DNA from: a virus
IMG/VR virus record: IMGVR_UViG_3300025108_000028
Span: 1 to 64,000 of that record
Strand: one strand, 5' to 3'
Length of the DNA stretch: 64,000 nucleotides
In this document: in pieces, positions 35,839 to 47,450 of the stretch
How the letters are laid out: each line of letters opens with the position of its first letter
Position numbering within the stretch: the stretch's first letter is position 1
Translations under genes and position numbers: made by a program
Notes under the pieces: model-generated
The model's database searches: none
What the model was told of the DNA's origin: nothing
The model's input: only the letters and a program-made list of their open reading frames with translations

Positions 35839-38023
35839 ATCTATACCTACATATGATTCAGGTAACTGGTCTATAACAGAGTTTGAAAATGATTCTGATT
35901 TTCAGGAATACATATACTCTTTATTCAAAGAGCCAGGTGAATATGACTTTGATGAAACAAGTTATATATTCAATGAAGAGGCTAAAAGATTTAATAAAGA
36001 AGGTTTATATTGTAGTTCTCCTTTTAGATCAAAAGACTTTATGTCTTATTGGGATGATCAGAAGAACAAATGTAGGGAGGGTGTAATTTACAAGAATAAA
36101 GATAAGACTTGGTATTTAACTAGGGATTATTATATGTGGTTGAATTTTCTACCAATATTTGATAAAGAAGAAAAAAAATATGGTTTTGCTAAAGTTAGAG
36201 ATGCACAATATCATATGGCTTTATATGAACTATTAGCAGAGCTAAACAATCAACATTCAGCAATATTAAAAAAACGTCAGATTGCTTCTTCTTATTTCCA
36301 TATGGGTAAGATAATTAATACCTATTGGTTTGAAGAAGGTAGTACGTGTAAAATTGGAGCATCATTAAAAGATTATATTAATGATAAAGGTTCCTGGAAA
36401 TTCCTAGAAGAATACAAAACCTTCTTAAACGAACATACAGCTTGGTATAGACCTAGTAATCCTGAAAAGGTTTTACTATGGCAACAGCAGATAGAAGTTA
36501 AGGTAGGAAACAGAAAAACTTCACGTGGTTTAAAATCTAAAATACAAGGGGCATCATTTGAGAAAAATGCAACAACTGGTGTAGGTGGACCATGTTCATA
36601 CTTCTTTCATGAAGAGGCAGGTATAGCACCAAAAATGATGCAAACTTATGAGTACCTACGTCCTGCAATGTCTTCAGGTATGGTTACTACAGGAATGTTT
36701 ATTGCAGCAGGATCAGTTGGTGATTTGGAACAATGTAATCCCTTGAAGGATATGATACTCAATCCAAGTGCTAATGATATATATGCTGTAGAGACTAACC
36801 TTATGGATGCAGAGGGTACAATAGGTATGGCTGGTTTGTTTATACCAGAGCAATGGTCTATGCCTCCATACATTGATTCTTATGGAAACTCAGAAATAGA
36901 GGAAGCAATTATAGCTATAGACAATGAAAGAGCAAGATGGAAGTCTGAATTAGGACCTGAACAGTTTCAATTAAGAATATCTCAGAAACCAAAAAATATA
37001 GCTGAAGCTTTTGCATATAGAAAAGCATCAGTTTTTCCACAAGGTATATTGTCAAAACAATTAAAAAAGATTGAAGAGAAAGAATATTCCTATGAACTAT
37101 TAGATCTTGAAAAAGAACAAGATGGTATTGTAGCAAAACGTACAACTAAATTACCTATATCTGAGTTTCCAGTTAATAAAAAACAAACAGATAAAACTGG
37201 ATCTATAGTTGTGTGGGAAAGACCTGCTAAGAAAAAACCAGACTTTGGAGCATATTATGCTTCTATTGATCCCGTGTCAGAAGGTAAAACAACAACTTCT
37301 GATTCTTTATGTAGTATATATGTTTACAAAAATGCTACTGAAGTTACTAGAACAACTGTTTCTGGAGATATAGAACAGTTTATAGAAAAAGATAAAATTG
37401 TTGCAGCATGGTGTGGAAGATTTGATGATATAAATAAAACGCATCAAAGGCTAGAATTAATTATAGAATGGTATAATGCATGGACTATTGTTGAGAACAA
37501 TATATCATTGTTTATTCAACATATGATTGCTAGAAAAAAACAAAGATATCTTGTACCTAAACAACAAATACTTTTCTTAAAAGATCTTGGATCTAATAGA
37601 ACAGTTTATCAAGAGTATGGATGGAAGAATACAGGTACTTTATTTAAAAGTCATTTAATATCATATGCAATTGAATTTATAAGAGAAGTCATAGATGAAG
37701 AATTAGATGATGATGGTGGTGTGATGAATCAAACATTGGGTGTAGAAAGAATACCAGATCCTATGCTAATTAAAGAAATGTCTGCGTATTATCCTGGACT
37801 TAACGTGGATAGATTAGTTACGTTTGGTGCACTTGTTGCTTTTGCCAAAATACAACAATCAAATAGAGGTTATAGTAAAAGACGTGAATCAGAAGGAGAA
37901 TCTTTGGTAAATTCAGAAAAAATAAGTAAATTAAAGTATACCAGTGCGTTTAAAAATATAGGTCGTAGGAGATCTGGCTTAGGTGGTAATAGAAGACGCT
38001 CAGGTTTTAAGAATATTAAATAG
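35831..38023 (+). CDS. terL: Terminase large subunit
   Basis: LKKRQIASSY (Walker A-like), FFHEEAG (Walker B), nuclease SIDPV, VENN and NVDRL. Confidence 0.88.
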   Translation: MSRSIPTYDSGNWSITEFENDSDFQEYIYSLFKEPGEYDFDETSYIFNEEAKRFNKEGLYCSSPFRSKDFMSYWDDQKNKCREGVIYKNKDKTWYLTRDYYMWLNFLPIFDKEEKKYGFAKVRDAQYHMALYELLAELNNQHSAILKKRQIASSYFHMGKIINTYWFEEGSTCKIGASLKDYINDKGSWKFLEEYKTFLNEHTAWYRPSNPEKVLLWQQQIEVKVGNRKTSRGLKSKIQGASFEKNATTGVGGPCSYFFHEEAGIAPKMMQTYEYLRPAMSSGMVTTGMFIAAGSVGDLEQCNPLKDMILNPSANDIYAVETNLMDAEGTIGMAGLFIPEQWSMPPYIDSYGNSEIEEAIIAIDNERARWKSELGPEQFQLRISQKPKNIAEAFAYRKASVFPQGILSKQLKKIEEKEYSYELLDLEKEQDGIVAKRTTKLPISEFPVNKKQTDKTGSIVVWERPAKKKPDFGAYYASIDPVSEGKTTTSDSLCSIYVYKNATEVTRTTVSGDIEQFIEKDKIVAAWCGRFDDINKTHQRLELIIEWYNAWTIVENNISLFIQHMIARKKQRYLVPKQQILFLKDLGSNRTVYQEYGWKNTGTLFKSHLISYAIEFIREVIDEELDDDGGVMNQTLGVERIPDPMLIKEMSAYYPGLNVDRLVTFGALVAFAKIQQSNRGYSKRRESEGESLVNSEKISKLKYTSAFKNIGRRRSGLGGNRRRSGFKNIK

Positions 38024-38030
38024 AATCTAG

Positions 38031-40790
38031 ATGAGAGTATTAAATGCAATGCAACTTAAGAACGGTGCTAAGGCGGAAAGTGGACCAACATTTTCTAGTT
38101 TAACGCAACCTACACAGTTTTTAACATATAAAAAGAAAACTGATGATTGGGCTGCATGGAATCTAGATTGGCTTGAATTGCAGGGTATAGAATTTTTACG
38201 TATCAATTCTAGACGCTTACTTAAAAACTATAAGCTTGCTAAAGGTATTATTGATAAAACAGATTATATTGTAGAGCCAGATAATGACTACAAAGATATG
38301 ATGGATGTTTTAACTGCTGAGAATGAATCAGCATTGGAATTAAAGTTTTATCCAATTGTACCTAATGTAATAAACGTTCTTACAGGTGAGTTTGCTAAAA
38401 GATATTCTAAAGTACAATTTAGAGCTGTTGATGATACATCTTATAATGAGATGCTTGAGCAAAAAAGAGTTCAAATAGAAGAAACACTACTTGCTGAAGC
38501 AGAAACTAATCTAGTTTTAAAGATGGTAGAAATGGGCATGGACCCAAGTTCTAAAGAAGCACAGCAACAACTTAATCCTGAAACATTAAAAACTTTACCG
38601 GAGATAGAAGACTTTTTTAGTAAGTCATATAGAAGTATGGTTGAAGAATGGGCATCTCATCAATTAAATGTAGATGAGGAGAGATTTAAAATGCAGGAGT
38701 TAGAAGAAAGAGGCTTTAGAGATATGCTAATTTCTGATAGAGAGTTTTGGCATTTCCGTATGTTAGAGGATGATTATGATGTTGAGTTATGGAATCCTGT
38801 ATTAACATTTTATCAAAAATCACCTGATCAAAGATATATATCAGATTCAAATTACGTAGGTAAAATAGATTTGATGACTGTATCTGATGTTGTTGATAAG
38901 TATGGATACTTGATGGATGAAAAACAATTAAAGTCTTTGCAAAAGATTTATCCTGCTAGATCAGCACAATATCAAGTTAATGGATATCAAAATGATGGAT
39001 CATATTATGATGCTACAAGATCCCATGAGTGGAATACTCAAATGCCTGGATTATCATACAGACAATACACTAGCAATTATTGGAATGACCCAGCAACTGG
39101 TGGTGATATTATAAGTGAAATATTAGATCAGAGTGAAGACATGACTCCATTGGATGAAGGAAACCTGATGAGAGTATCAACTATATATTGGAAGACTCAA
39201 AGAAGAATAGGTCACTTAACCAAAATAGAATTAGATGGTTCTGTTACTCAAGAGATAATAGATGAGACATTTAAGATAACTGAGAAAGCTGTATATGATA
39301 CATCTATATTCAAAAATAAAACTAAAGAAAACCTTTTACAAGGAGAGCATATAGAATGGATATGGATTAATGAAGTATGGGGTGGTGTTAAAATAGGACC
39401 AAATTTACCAGCAATGTGGAGATCAACAATGGGTGATAACATAAACCCTATTTACGTTGGTATTAATAGAACTAAACCTGGAAGAATACCTTTTCAATTT
39501 AAAGGAAACAATACATTATATGGTTGCAAACTCCCTGTAGAGGGTAGAGTTTTTTCAGACAGAAATACAAAATCTACATCATTAGTAGATTTAATGAAAG
39601 CGTATCAAGTTGGATATAATATGGTTAATAACCAAATTGCTGACATTCTAATAGATGAATTAGGAACAGTAATAATGTTTGATCAGAATGCTTTACCACG
39701 TCACTCTATGGGTGAAGACTGGGGCAAGAACAATTATGCAAAAGCATATGTAGCAATGAAAGATTTCCAAATGCTACCTCTTGATACATCTATTACTAAT
39801 ACTGAGAATGCAACTAACTTTAATCACTATCAAACTCTAAACATGGAGCAGACTAGTAGATTAATGTCTAGAATTCAACTTGCAAATTATTTTAAACAAC
39901 AATGTTTTGATGCAATAGGAATTAACCCACAGCGTCTAGGAGGTGCTGTATCAGCACAAACAGCAACAGGTGTAGTTCAGGCTATGCAACAATCATATGC
40001 ACAAACAGAAATGTACTTTGTACAACACTCAGATCAGTTAATGCCAAGAGTACATCAAATGAGAACTGACTTAGCTCAGTATTATCAAAGCACAAATCCA
40101 AGTGTAAGATTAAGTTATATTTCATCAGAAGCAGAGAAAGTTAACTTTTCAATAAATGGAACTGATTTATTGCTGAGAGACTTTAATATTTTTGCTACAA
40201 CTAAAACAAATCATAGAGCTATCTTAGAAAGTCTTAAACAGATGGCACTACAAAATAATACTACAGGCGCAAGCATTTATGAATTAGGTAATATTGTTAA
40301 AGCTGACTCAATAGCTGAAGTAACAGATATCTTAAAAGATTCACAAGAGCGTGTTGAAAAACAAAGAATGCAAGAAATGCAACAGCAGCAAGAAATGCAA
40401 CAGCAACAAATCCAAGCTAAACAACAAGAAGATCAAATGAAACTTCAAGTTGAAATGGAAGAAAATGATAAAGACAGAAAGAATGACGTTTTATTAGCAG
40501 AAATAAGATCTGCAGGTTATGGATCAATGGTTGATATAAATGAAAACAAAAAATCTGATTATCAAGATGCTATGAAAGATATCAGAGAATCACAGAAGTA
40601 TCAAGATCAAATGAATCTTAAGCGTGAAGAAAATGTTGCTAAATCAGGAATGGAAAAAAATAGATTGCAAGTTGAAAGAGAAAAAATTGCTGCTCAAAAA
40701 AGTATAGCACAGACTAAACTTGATATAGCTAAAGAGAATAAAAACAAATATGACGTATCTTCTACTAAAGAAAAGAAAGATAAAAAATAA
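38031..40790 (+). CDS. Portal protein (crAss-like)
   Basis: 919 aa directly after terL; YPI.PN.INVL.GE..KR, GI..QR.G and a C-terminal Q-rich coiled coil. Confidence 0.85.
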   Translation: MRVLNAMQLKNGAKAESGPTFSSLTQPTQFLTYKKKTDDWAAWNLDWLELQGIEFLRINSRRLLKNYKLAKGIIDKTDYIVEPDNDYKDMMDVLTAENESALELKFYPIVPNVINVLTGEFAKRYSKVQFRAVDDTSYNEMLEQKRVQIEETLLAEAETNLVLKMVEMGMDPSSKEAQQQLNPETLKTLPEIEDFFSKSYRSMVEEWASHQLNVDEERFKMQELEERGFRDMLISDREFWHFRMLEDDYDVELWNPVLTFYQKSPDQRYISDSNYVGKIDLMTVSDVVDKYGYLMDEKQLKSLQKIYPARSAQYQVNGYQNDGSYYDATRSHEWNTQMPGLSYRQYTSNYWNDPATGGDIISEILDQSEDMTPLDEGNLMRVSTIYWKTQRRIGHLTKIELDGSVTQEIIDETFKITEKAVYDTSIFKNKTKENLLQGEHIEWIWINEVWGGVKIGPNLPAMWRSTMGDNINPIYVGINRTKPGRIPFQFKGNNTLYGCKLPVEGRVFSDRNTKSTSLVDLMKAYQVGYNMVNNQIADILIDELGTVIMFDQNALPRHSMGEDWGKNNYAKAYVAMKDFQMLPLDTSITNTENATNFNHYQTLNMEQTSRLMSRIQLANYFKQQCFDAIGINPQRLGGAVSAQTATGVVQAMQQSYAQTEMYFVQHSDQLMPRVHQMRTDLAQYYQSTNPSVRLSYISSEAEKVNFSINGTDLLLRDFNIFATTKTNHRAILESLKQMALQNNTTGASIYELGNIVKADSIAEVTDILKDSQERVEKQRMQEMQQQQEMQQQQIQAKQQEDQMKLQVEMEENDKDRKNDVLLAEIRSAGYGSMVDINENKKSDYQDAMKDIRESQKYQDQMNLKREENVAKSGMEKNRLQVEREKIAAQKSIAQTKLDIAKENKNKYDVSSTKEKKDKK

Positions 40791-40908
40791 GTGTTAGCTA
40801 TATACTGCAAAAAACTTTTCAAATTTTCAAATATTATAAGTTTATTATAAAAGTTTATTCTTATATTATATATGTATAGAAAGTTTAATATTAAAACCAA
40901 CAAATATT

Positions 40909-42219
40909 ATGAGTACTGAAACAACAACAGAAAGTAAAACTGTGAATAGTAAAGTAGAGCAAGTAGACATAAACTTAGATGAAATTTTTGCAGCAGCCCC
41001 AGGTGCAGCAGAAGTAACTTTACCTGAAGAGAAACCTGCAAAAAGCATTTTTTCAAGAGGAGAGAAAGCTGACATGTCATTTGCTGATCCAGATGTTACA
41101 GATACAGATGACTTAAATGCTAAAGTAGAAGAAAAAGCAGAAGTAGAAAATACTACTGTTAATGAAGATGAAACTAAATCTACTGAAGATGTTAAAGAAG
41201 AAGTAAACATTGATGAGGTTATTAATTCAATAGATGAGATAACTGAAGAAGATGAAAAGAAAGAAACTAGAGGTAGAAAAAAGATCTCAGGAATTACAGA
41301 TGTATTTTCAAAGCTTATTAAGGATGATAAAATAGTTCCTTTTGATGATGATAAAGAATTAGAAGATTATACCGCAAAAGACTGGGAAGAATTAATTCAA
41401 GCAAACCTTGAAGAAAAGGCTAATCAAGTTAGGAGAGAAACTCCAAAACAATTTTTTGATAGTCTGCCACAAGAATTACAAATAGCAGCACGCTATGTAG
41501 CAGATGGTGGTCAAGATATGAAAGGTTTATTTGCAACTTTAGCTAGTGTTGAAGAAAACAGACAGCTAAATACTAAAAGTGAAAAAGACCAAGAAAAAAT
41601 TATTACTGAATACTTATCTGCAACTGGGTATGGTAACTCAGAAGAGATTGCTGAAGAAATTGAAATTTGGAAAGATTTAGGTAAGCTTGAATCACAAGCT
41701 AATAAGTTCAAGCCTAAGTTAGACAAAATGCAAGAAAAGATTGTAGCAAGAAAACTTCAAGAACAACAACTGAAGAAAAAGCAACAAGAGCAAGCATCTC
41801 AACAATACATGAAAAATGTATATGAAACATTAAAATCAGGTAGTATAGGAGAAATTAAATTAGATAAGAAAACACAAGCCATGATATATAATGGTTTAGT
41901 ACAACCTTCTTATCCTTCTGTTAGTGGTAAGAATACTAACTTACTTGGACATTTATTAGAAAAATATCAATTTGTTGAGCCAAACTATGGTTTAATATCT
42001 GAGGCATTATGGTTATTGCAAGATCCAGATGGATACAAAGCAAAGATTATGGATAAAGGTGCTCAGAAAACTATAGAAAAAACGGTAAGAAAACTTAAGA
42101 CTGAACAATCTAATGCTGGTGGGTCTACATCTTTAGGAGTTAAAGATAAAGAACCAACCGCTCAGAGAACAGCTAAAAGAAAAATACCAAGAGCTAACAA
42201 CATATTTAAACGAATTTAA
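40909..42219 (+). CDS. Probable capsid scaffolding protein
   Basis: Acidic N-terminus and coiled coil; lies between portal and major capsid genes. Confidence 0.65.
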   Translation: MSTETTTESKTVNSKVEQVDINLDEIFAAAPGAAEVTLPEEKPAKSIFSRGEKADMSFADPDVTDTDDLNAKVEEKAEVENTTVNEDETKSTEDVKEEVNIDEVINSIDEITEEDEKKETRGRKKISGITDVFSKLIKDDKIVPFDDDKELEDYTAKDWEELIQANLEEKANQVRRETPKQFFDSLPQELQIAARYVADGGQDMKGLFATLASVEENRQLNTKSEKDQEKIITEYLSATGYGNSEEIAEEIEIWKDLGKLESQANKFKPKLDKMQEKIVARKLQEQQLKKKQQEQASQQYMKNVYETLKSGSIGEIKLDKKTQAMIYNGLVQPSYPSVSGKNTNLLGHLLEKYQFVEPNYGLISEALWLLQDPDGYKAKIMDKGAQKTIEKTVRKLKTEQSNAGGSTSLGVKDKEPTAQRTAKRKIPRANNIFKRI

Positions 42220-42270
42220 TTAAGTAAATTAAATATAAACAATAATTATTAATCAAAAACAATCAAAATT

Positions 42271-43890
42271 ATGGCAACTCCAGTTTTAAATAATGGGATT
42301 TTCCTACGTGATACAAGCTATAAAGCTAGTTCTCATGTTGATTCTTATCACCTTACCCAAATGCTTGGATCTTCTGAGCCTATGGATATGGGACCAATTG
42401 ATTTATGGGCTATGACCCAAAAGGTAGAAATGCCTTTATATCAAATGGCTTCTTTTGGTGGAAAGAATACAATATTAGTAGACAATGCTAGAGGTGAGTA
42501 CAAGTGGCAAACTCCTATTGCACAAGATCTACCTTACATAGTAGCAGACATTGAACCAGCTAATGATAGCAAAGGTATTGATGGAACTCTATTTAAAATT
42601 AAGATCAACAAAAGAACATTTGGACATGGTGACATTATTACTTATGATAAGTATAATGGACTTGAACTTTACATCACAGCTGATGATATTATCCCAGCAG
42701 GTGACGGTTTTGTTTACACTGTTCAATTAGTTAACAACAACAACGCAGCAATCTTAGATAACAAGTATCTTGCAAAAGGAACTAAGTTCTTTAGAAAAGG
42801 TTCTGCAAGAGGTGAGTATGGAGAAAGATTCTCTGATATTGAAACAGGTTCTGGTTTCCGTGAATTCTACAACTTTGTAGGAGGAGCTGAAGCACATGTA
42901 CACTATTCAGTATCTTCAAGAGCAGACTTAATGATCAAAGGCGGATTGAACGCTGATGGTACAGTACCTGTAACTGAAATTTGGAGAAACTTTAATACTG
43001 ACCCTAACAATCCATCTGTACCTAGTATTGAAGGATTAGTAGCTAATATGGGTAAAGCAGGTGCTAGAGAAGCGTTTGAAAATGGAAGTTTGACAAGAAC
43101 ATTCATTACAAATATGGAAGCAGCACACTTATCTAAAATTGCTACGGATATTGAAACTTACCTTATGTGGGGTAAAGGTGGTAGAATTAAGCAAGATGGA
43201 CCAGATGATATTAGATTATCTGTAGGTTTATGGTCACAGTTAGATAACTCTTTCAAGAGAGTATATAACAAGTCATCATTTACTCTTGACATGTTTAAGT
43301 CTGAGCTTTACAACTTCTATCAAGGTAAAGTTGAATTCAAAGGACCAGACCCACAAAGATCACTTGTTGTACAAACAGGTATTGGTGGTATGCAACTAAT
43401 CAACAAAGCAATTGCTGATGAAGTGTATGGTTCTGGTTTAGTACAAAATGCATCTGACATTGGAGCTGTTAAAGGTTCTGGTATGGATTTAGATTATGGT
43501 TTTGCTTACACAAGCTTTACTATTCCTTTCTTAGCTAACGTTAAGTTTGTATTGAATCCAGCATTTGATAACTTAAATACTAATGACATTGAGAATCCAT
43601 TAATTGACGGAAGACCTCTAAGTTCATATAGCTTTATTATCTTTGATGTTACTGATGAAGGAAATGACAACATTCACTTGTTGAAACTTTCTTGGGATAA
43701 TCAACTTAAGTGGTTCTACCAAAATGGTACTATGGACTACATGGGAAGAACTCAAGGGTTTGCATCTTCTGGTAACTTTAATGGATATAGAGTATACATG
43801 ACTCAGACCATGCCAGCAATATGGGTTAAAGATCCAACCAAAGTTCTTAAAATTGTAATGAGAAACCCTGTTACAGGAGGATCATTCTAA
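42271..43890 (+). CDS. Major capsid protein (crAss-like)
   Basis: 539 aa in the canonical position, with codon bias of a highly expressed gene and a strong terminator after it. Confidence 0.8.
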   Translation: MATPVLNNGIFLRDTSYKASSHVDSYHLTQMLGSSEPMDMGPIDLWAMTQKVEMPLYQMASFGGKNTILVDNARGEYKWQTPIAQDLPYIVADIEPANDSKGIDGTLFKIKINKRTFGHGDIITYDKYNGLELYITADDIIPAGDGFVYTVQLVNNNNAAILDNKYLAKGTKFFRKGSARGEYGERFSDIETGSGFREFYNFVGGAEAHVHYSVSSRADLMIKGGLNADGTVPVTEIWRNFNTDPNNPSVPSIEGLVANMGKAGAREAFENGSLTRTFITNMEAAHLSKIATDIETYLMWGKGGRIKQDGPDDIRLSVGLWSQLDNSFKRVYNKSSFTLDMFKSELYNFYQGKVEFKGPDPQRSLVVQTGIGGMQLINKAIADEVYGSGLVQNASDIGAVKGSGMDLDYGFAYTSFTIPFLANVKFVLNPAFDNLNTNDIENPLIDGRPLSSYSFIIFDVTDEGNDNIHLLKLSWDNQLKWFYQNGTMDYMGRTQGFASSGNFNGYRVYMTQTMPAIWVKDPTKVLKIVMRNPVTGGSF

Positions 43891-43901
43891 GAACTATAAT
43901 T

Positions 43902-43933
43902 AAAGGGGAGGGGCTAATACCTCCTCCCTTTTT
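43902..43933 (+). terminator. Intrinsic terminator after the capsid gene
   Basis: AAAGGGGAGGGG-loop-CCTCCTCCCTTTTT. Confidence 0.8.
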
Positions 43934-43959
43934 ATTTTTAACCTTTAAATATAATAATA

Positions 43960-44199
43960 ATGGGAGCACCAAAACAAATAACTAAGTTGAAGCAACAATT
44001 TGAAAGCCCAGCTTATGACGGTGTATCAAGAGCAGAAACAGGAAATGCTAGATTGCTACATGTAAATGAAGTAATTAGTTGGGTACGTGATGTAGCCAGT
44101 TCTGATTCATACGCTGATGAAGCGGCAGCAGTAGCAGCCGGTTTAAAAAAAGGTGATATATATCATACAGAAGGAGCTTTAAAAATTGTTATAGGATAA
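43960..44199 (+). CDS. Small virion-associated protein
   Basis: YADEAAAVAAGL..GD.Y.T.G.LKIV motif seen in phage structural proteins. Confidence 0.6.
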   Translation: MGAPKQITKLKQQFESPAYDGVSRAETGNARLLHVNEVISWVRDVASSDSYADEAAAVAAGLKKGDIYHTEGALKIVIG

Positions 44200-44316
44200 A
44201 AGTCAAAAAACTTTAGCAAGGGTAAAACCTTGCTTTAGAAATTAGTAATAATAAATGTACATAAATATGTACTTTTGACTGTGAGTAATAATTATTAATT
44301 AAAACCAAAAACAAAG

Positions 44317-45333
44317 ATGAGTGATTACACTATTGTAGAAAAGTATCAACAGAAGAAAAATCAAACTGTTGCTGTACGTCCATTTTTTAATCCCAATAGA
44401 GAAAACATGGGGTTAGAAAAGTATGGTCTATCATTACATGATGGAGTATACCATGAAGAGTCTTTAGCATGTTTAGAAATGAACGGTGTTAAAAGATATG
44501 TAACAGGATTAAACGAATTTGCACCTGAAGTAAAAAAGCTAGCACCAAAAGAAAAAAAGGCTAAGATTAAAGAAATTAGATCAGTAGTTGCTGAATTAGA
44601 AGCATCTCTTGCTGCTAATGTGGTTGATCCAGATGATAAAGACTTTTGGAATAACTTAACCATTATGAGCCCTAATAATGATAAATTTTGGGACAAGATT
44701 AGTATAAGATGTGGTAATGAGCCAGTATTTTTAGATCCAGAATTAGACCCTTATGATAGAATTAAACTTCATGCAATTAAGGCAGGAGGATTTTCTATTG
44801 TTGCTAAATCTTTAAAAGATGCTAAGGCTAGCCCTAAAGGAGTTAAGTTCTATTTGGATACTTTAGAAGAATCATTAACTACAAGAACTGAATTAACGAA
44901 AGTTAGAAATAAAGCATTAGTAGAATTACAAACAATGTTTGATAGTAATCCAACTAAGTTAATGTATGTTTCTAAAATATGCGATGTCAATAGTGTACAG
45001 TATGTTAAATCAACACCTAATGATATACTATATGAGAACATGGATGATTACATTCAAGGACATGGTAGTGAATCAAATAAGAAAAGAGCAGCTCAAAACT
45101 TTCTAGATGTTGCAACACTATCAATGGAAGAAATAAAGCTAAGAGCTCTTATTAAAGATGCATTGTTTTATAGATTTTTAGCTACAAAAGCAGGTGGATG
45201 GATTGAGCCTTTAGATAGTGGAGTAAGGTTAGGTAAATCACCGGGAGAGTGTCTTACATTCTTAATGGATCCTAAAAATGAAGAAACATTATTATCCTTA
45301 ATGCAAAAAATTGAACCATACTGGAATTCATAA
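44317..45333 (+). CDS. Conserved head-module protein
   Basis: Position after the capsid gene as in crAss-like phages. Confidence 0.55.
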   Translation: MSDYTIVEKYQQKKNQTVAVRPFFNPNRENMGLEKYGLSLHDGVYHEESLACLEMNGVKRYVTGLNEFAPEVKKLAPKEKKAKIKEIRSVVAELEASLAANVVDPDDKDFWNNLTIMSPNNDKFWDKISIRCGNEPVFLDPELDPYDRIKLHAIKAGGFSIVAKSLKDAKASPKGVKFYLDTLEESLTTRTELTKVRNKALVELQTMFDSNPTKLMYVSKICDVNSVQYVKSTPNDILYENMDDYIQGHGSESNKKRAAQNFLDVATLSMEEIKLRALIKDALFYRFLATKAGGWIEPLDSGVRLGKSPGECLTFLMDPKNEETLLSLMQKIEPYWNS

Positions 45334-45343
45334 AAAATAAAAA

Positions 45344-46045
45344 ATGGAAAATAATACTCTACTTGTAAAACTAAAACAGCGTCTAAACAAATTAGATAGC
45401 CAAGATTTTGACAATGTTGAATGCTGGCAATTTGTTGAAGCTTTTAATAAAGCTCAAGTTGAATGGTGTAGAAGAAATTTGCATGGGGGTAATATGTATA
45501 AAGAAGGAGATGAATTATCTAAAAGAAGAATAGATGATTTGCAACCTCTTCTCATTGAATTATCTTTAACAGGTAATGATTTTCCAGATTATTTTGAAAC
45601 AGATAATTTTCCTATAGATCAATATATGGAATTTAAGAGAGTGACAACACAAGCCAAAGATGATTGTTGTACGCCTAGGTCAATGACAGTATATTTAGCA
45701 GAAGAAGCTAATGTACCACTTATTATGAGAGACCCTCTTAAAAACCCTGATTTTGAATGGGGAGAGACATTCTGCACAATGATTAATAATACAATAAGGA
45801 TATACAAAAGAAATTTTGATATTGTAAATCCTGTTCTTACTTACTACAGACAACCAACTATTATGCAAATAGAAGGTTGTGTAAATCCATATAGTGGGCA
45901 AGTAAGTCCTGTAGATGTTGAGTGTGAATTTAAAGATGATTTAGTAGAAGTAATCCTTGATGATACAGCTGCGTTAATTGCAGGTGATATTGAAAATCTG
46001 TATCAGCAGCAAAGAGGAATGCAATCTGCAGAAAGAAATAATTAA
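45344..46045 (+). CDS. Probable head-tail ring/adaptor protein
   Basis: LNKLDSQ, FNKAQ, KRRIDDLQ.L and LTYYRQP resemble crAss-like ring proteins. Confidence 0.55.
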   Translation: MENNTLLVKLKQRLNKLDSQDFDNVECWQFVEAFNKAQVEWCRRNLHGGNMYKEGDELSKRRIDDLQPLLIELSLTGNDFPDYFETDNFPIDQYMEFKRVTTQAKDDCCTPRSMTVYLAEEANVPLIMRDPLKNPDFEWGETFCTMINNTIRIYKRNFDIVNPVLTYYRQPTIMQIEGCVNPYSGQVSPVDVECEFKDDLVEVILDDTAALIAGDIENLYQQQRGMQSAERNN

Positions 46046-46170
46046 TTTATGTTTTTAGTTTAAAAAAGCGTATATTATTATAGTAACAAGAAAGTTACGG
46101 ACAGAGTAAACTGTAAAAATCTTTTTTTATAACCAGTGAGGGTAATGGTCCTCACACAATTTTATTTATT

Positions 46171-47391
46171 ATGGCATATTTTAATAATGCGTTTCAAAAA
46201 ACGTTTGTAGCATCATCAGTTGATATGGCTGGTAGTTCTGCAACAAGTGTACTTACCGCAGGTGAGTTAGCTCTAGTTGATGGCAAAGATTGGAAGTCAC
46301 TAAGTATTACAAGTCAAGCAACTCCTGCAGCAGGAGATTTAGCTTATGTAGTACAAGGTTCTTTCTATACTAAAGATTCAATTGGAAATAACCCTGGTCA
46401 TGGTGGTTACAAAGAATCAGTAAAATCAAAAGGAATCAATCCTAGATATATTACTAGATTATGGTCAGCAGCATGTTTAACTGCATCACAAGCAACAGCT
46501 AGTTTATCTTTAGCTTCTGATTGTGCACCATGTGGTAAAACACAATTTATGAGAATTGATGTAAAGGGTTCACCTGCATTAAGATTCTTAAATCACAATG
46601 CTTATGCAATTGGAGATTCAGCAAATATTTGCTGTGTTGAAGGACAAGAGTATATTGATCCAGTATTAGTAGCTGCAACAATGGCTCAAATGGTATTAGC
46701 AGATCCGTTAATCAAGCCTTTTGTAGCTGAGAAACAAGGTGGTGGTGTAGATGTAACTGTTACAGAAGCAGGAGTAGCTACAACAACTACAATAACTATA
46801 GCAGAAGCATTAGACGGAACATATGTTCCATCAACTGATCCAACTGGTGTTAAAGCAGTATCTGTAAAAGTTAATTTTGTAGGAGCTTATGTTGACACAG
46901 TATTTGGAAATTGTTCTTTTGATACAAGAGATCACTTCAATGCTGAGCCAGTAGAAGTTCTTGTTTCTTTACTTGATGAAACTGGAAACCCATGTAATGA
47001 TTGTGGAGTTGCTACAGCAACACCAGGTTCTATGCAACAAACACAAGGTGAAGAAGTAATTAGAGAATTAATTTTATCTGAAAGATACCGTCAATCTCCT
47101 TATAACCAAGGAAATGCTGACAGTGCTAGAATCAGAGAAATTGAAATGTCTGATGAAATCTTAGCTGCTGTTGATAGATCTTCAACATACAAAGCATATT
47201 ACATTCAGCATTCTGTACCAAGATTCAATAATCCTACTGGAGTATTTGATAATGATCAGTATATTTACAAAGTATATGTAAAATGTAGTGATACAGAAGC
47301 ACAATCTCAAATGGTTGCGTTTATGGAATTATTGCAAGATTGGGCAGCTGATAATGGCAACAATTTAGCATTTGACCAAAATGACTACTAA
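46171..47391 (+). CDS. Abundant structural protein (auxiliary capsid or tail component)
   Basis: Has its own promoter-like motif and terminator; structural-protein composition. Confidence 0.55.
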   Translation: MAYFNNAFQKTFVASSVDMAGSSATSVLTAGELALVDGKDWKSLSITSQATPAAGDLAYVVQGSFYTKDSIGNNPGHGGYKESVKSKGINPRYITRLWSAACLTASQATASLSLASDCAPCGKTQFMRIDVKGSPALRFLNHNAYAIGDSANICCVEGQEYIDPVLVAATMAQMVLADPLIKPFVAEKQGGGVDVTVTEAGVATTTTITIAEALDGTYVPSTDPTGVKAVSVKVNFVGAYVDTVFGNCSFDTRDHFNAEPVEVLVSLLDETGNPCNDCGVATATPGSMQQTQGEEVIRELILSERYRQSPYNQGNADSARIREIEMSDEILAAVDRSSTYKAYYIQHSVPRFNNPTGVFDNDQYIYKVYVKCSDTEAQSQMVAFMELLQDWAADNGNNLAFDQNDY

Positions 47392-47419
47392 TTAGTAAAT
47401 AGTTAGTTTGTTAATTAAT

Positions 47420-47450
47420 AAGGGTGGGAGAGAAATCTCCTGCCCTTTTT
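47420..47450 (+). terminator. Intrinsic terminator
   Basis: AAGGGTGGGAGA-GAAA-TCTCCTGCCCTTTTT. Confidence 0.8.

Noticed and set aside
5235-43890. Introns or inteins in polB, dnaB, terL or the capsid gene
   Set aside because: The ORFs are continuous and of expected size, with no intein splice motifs or embedded homing endonuclease seen.
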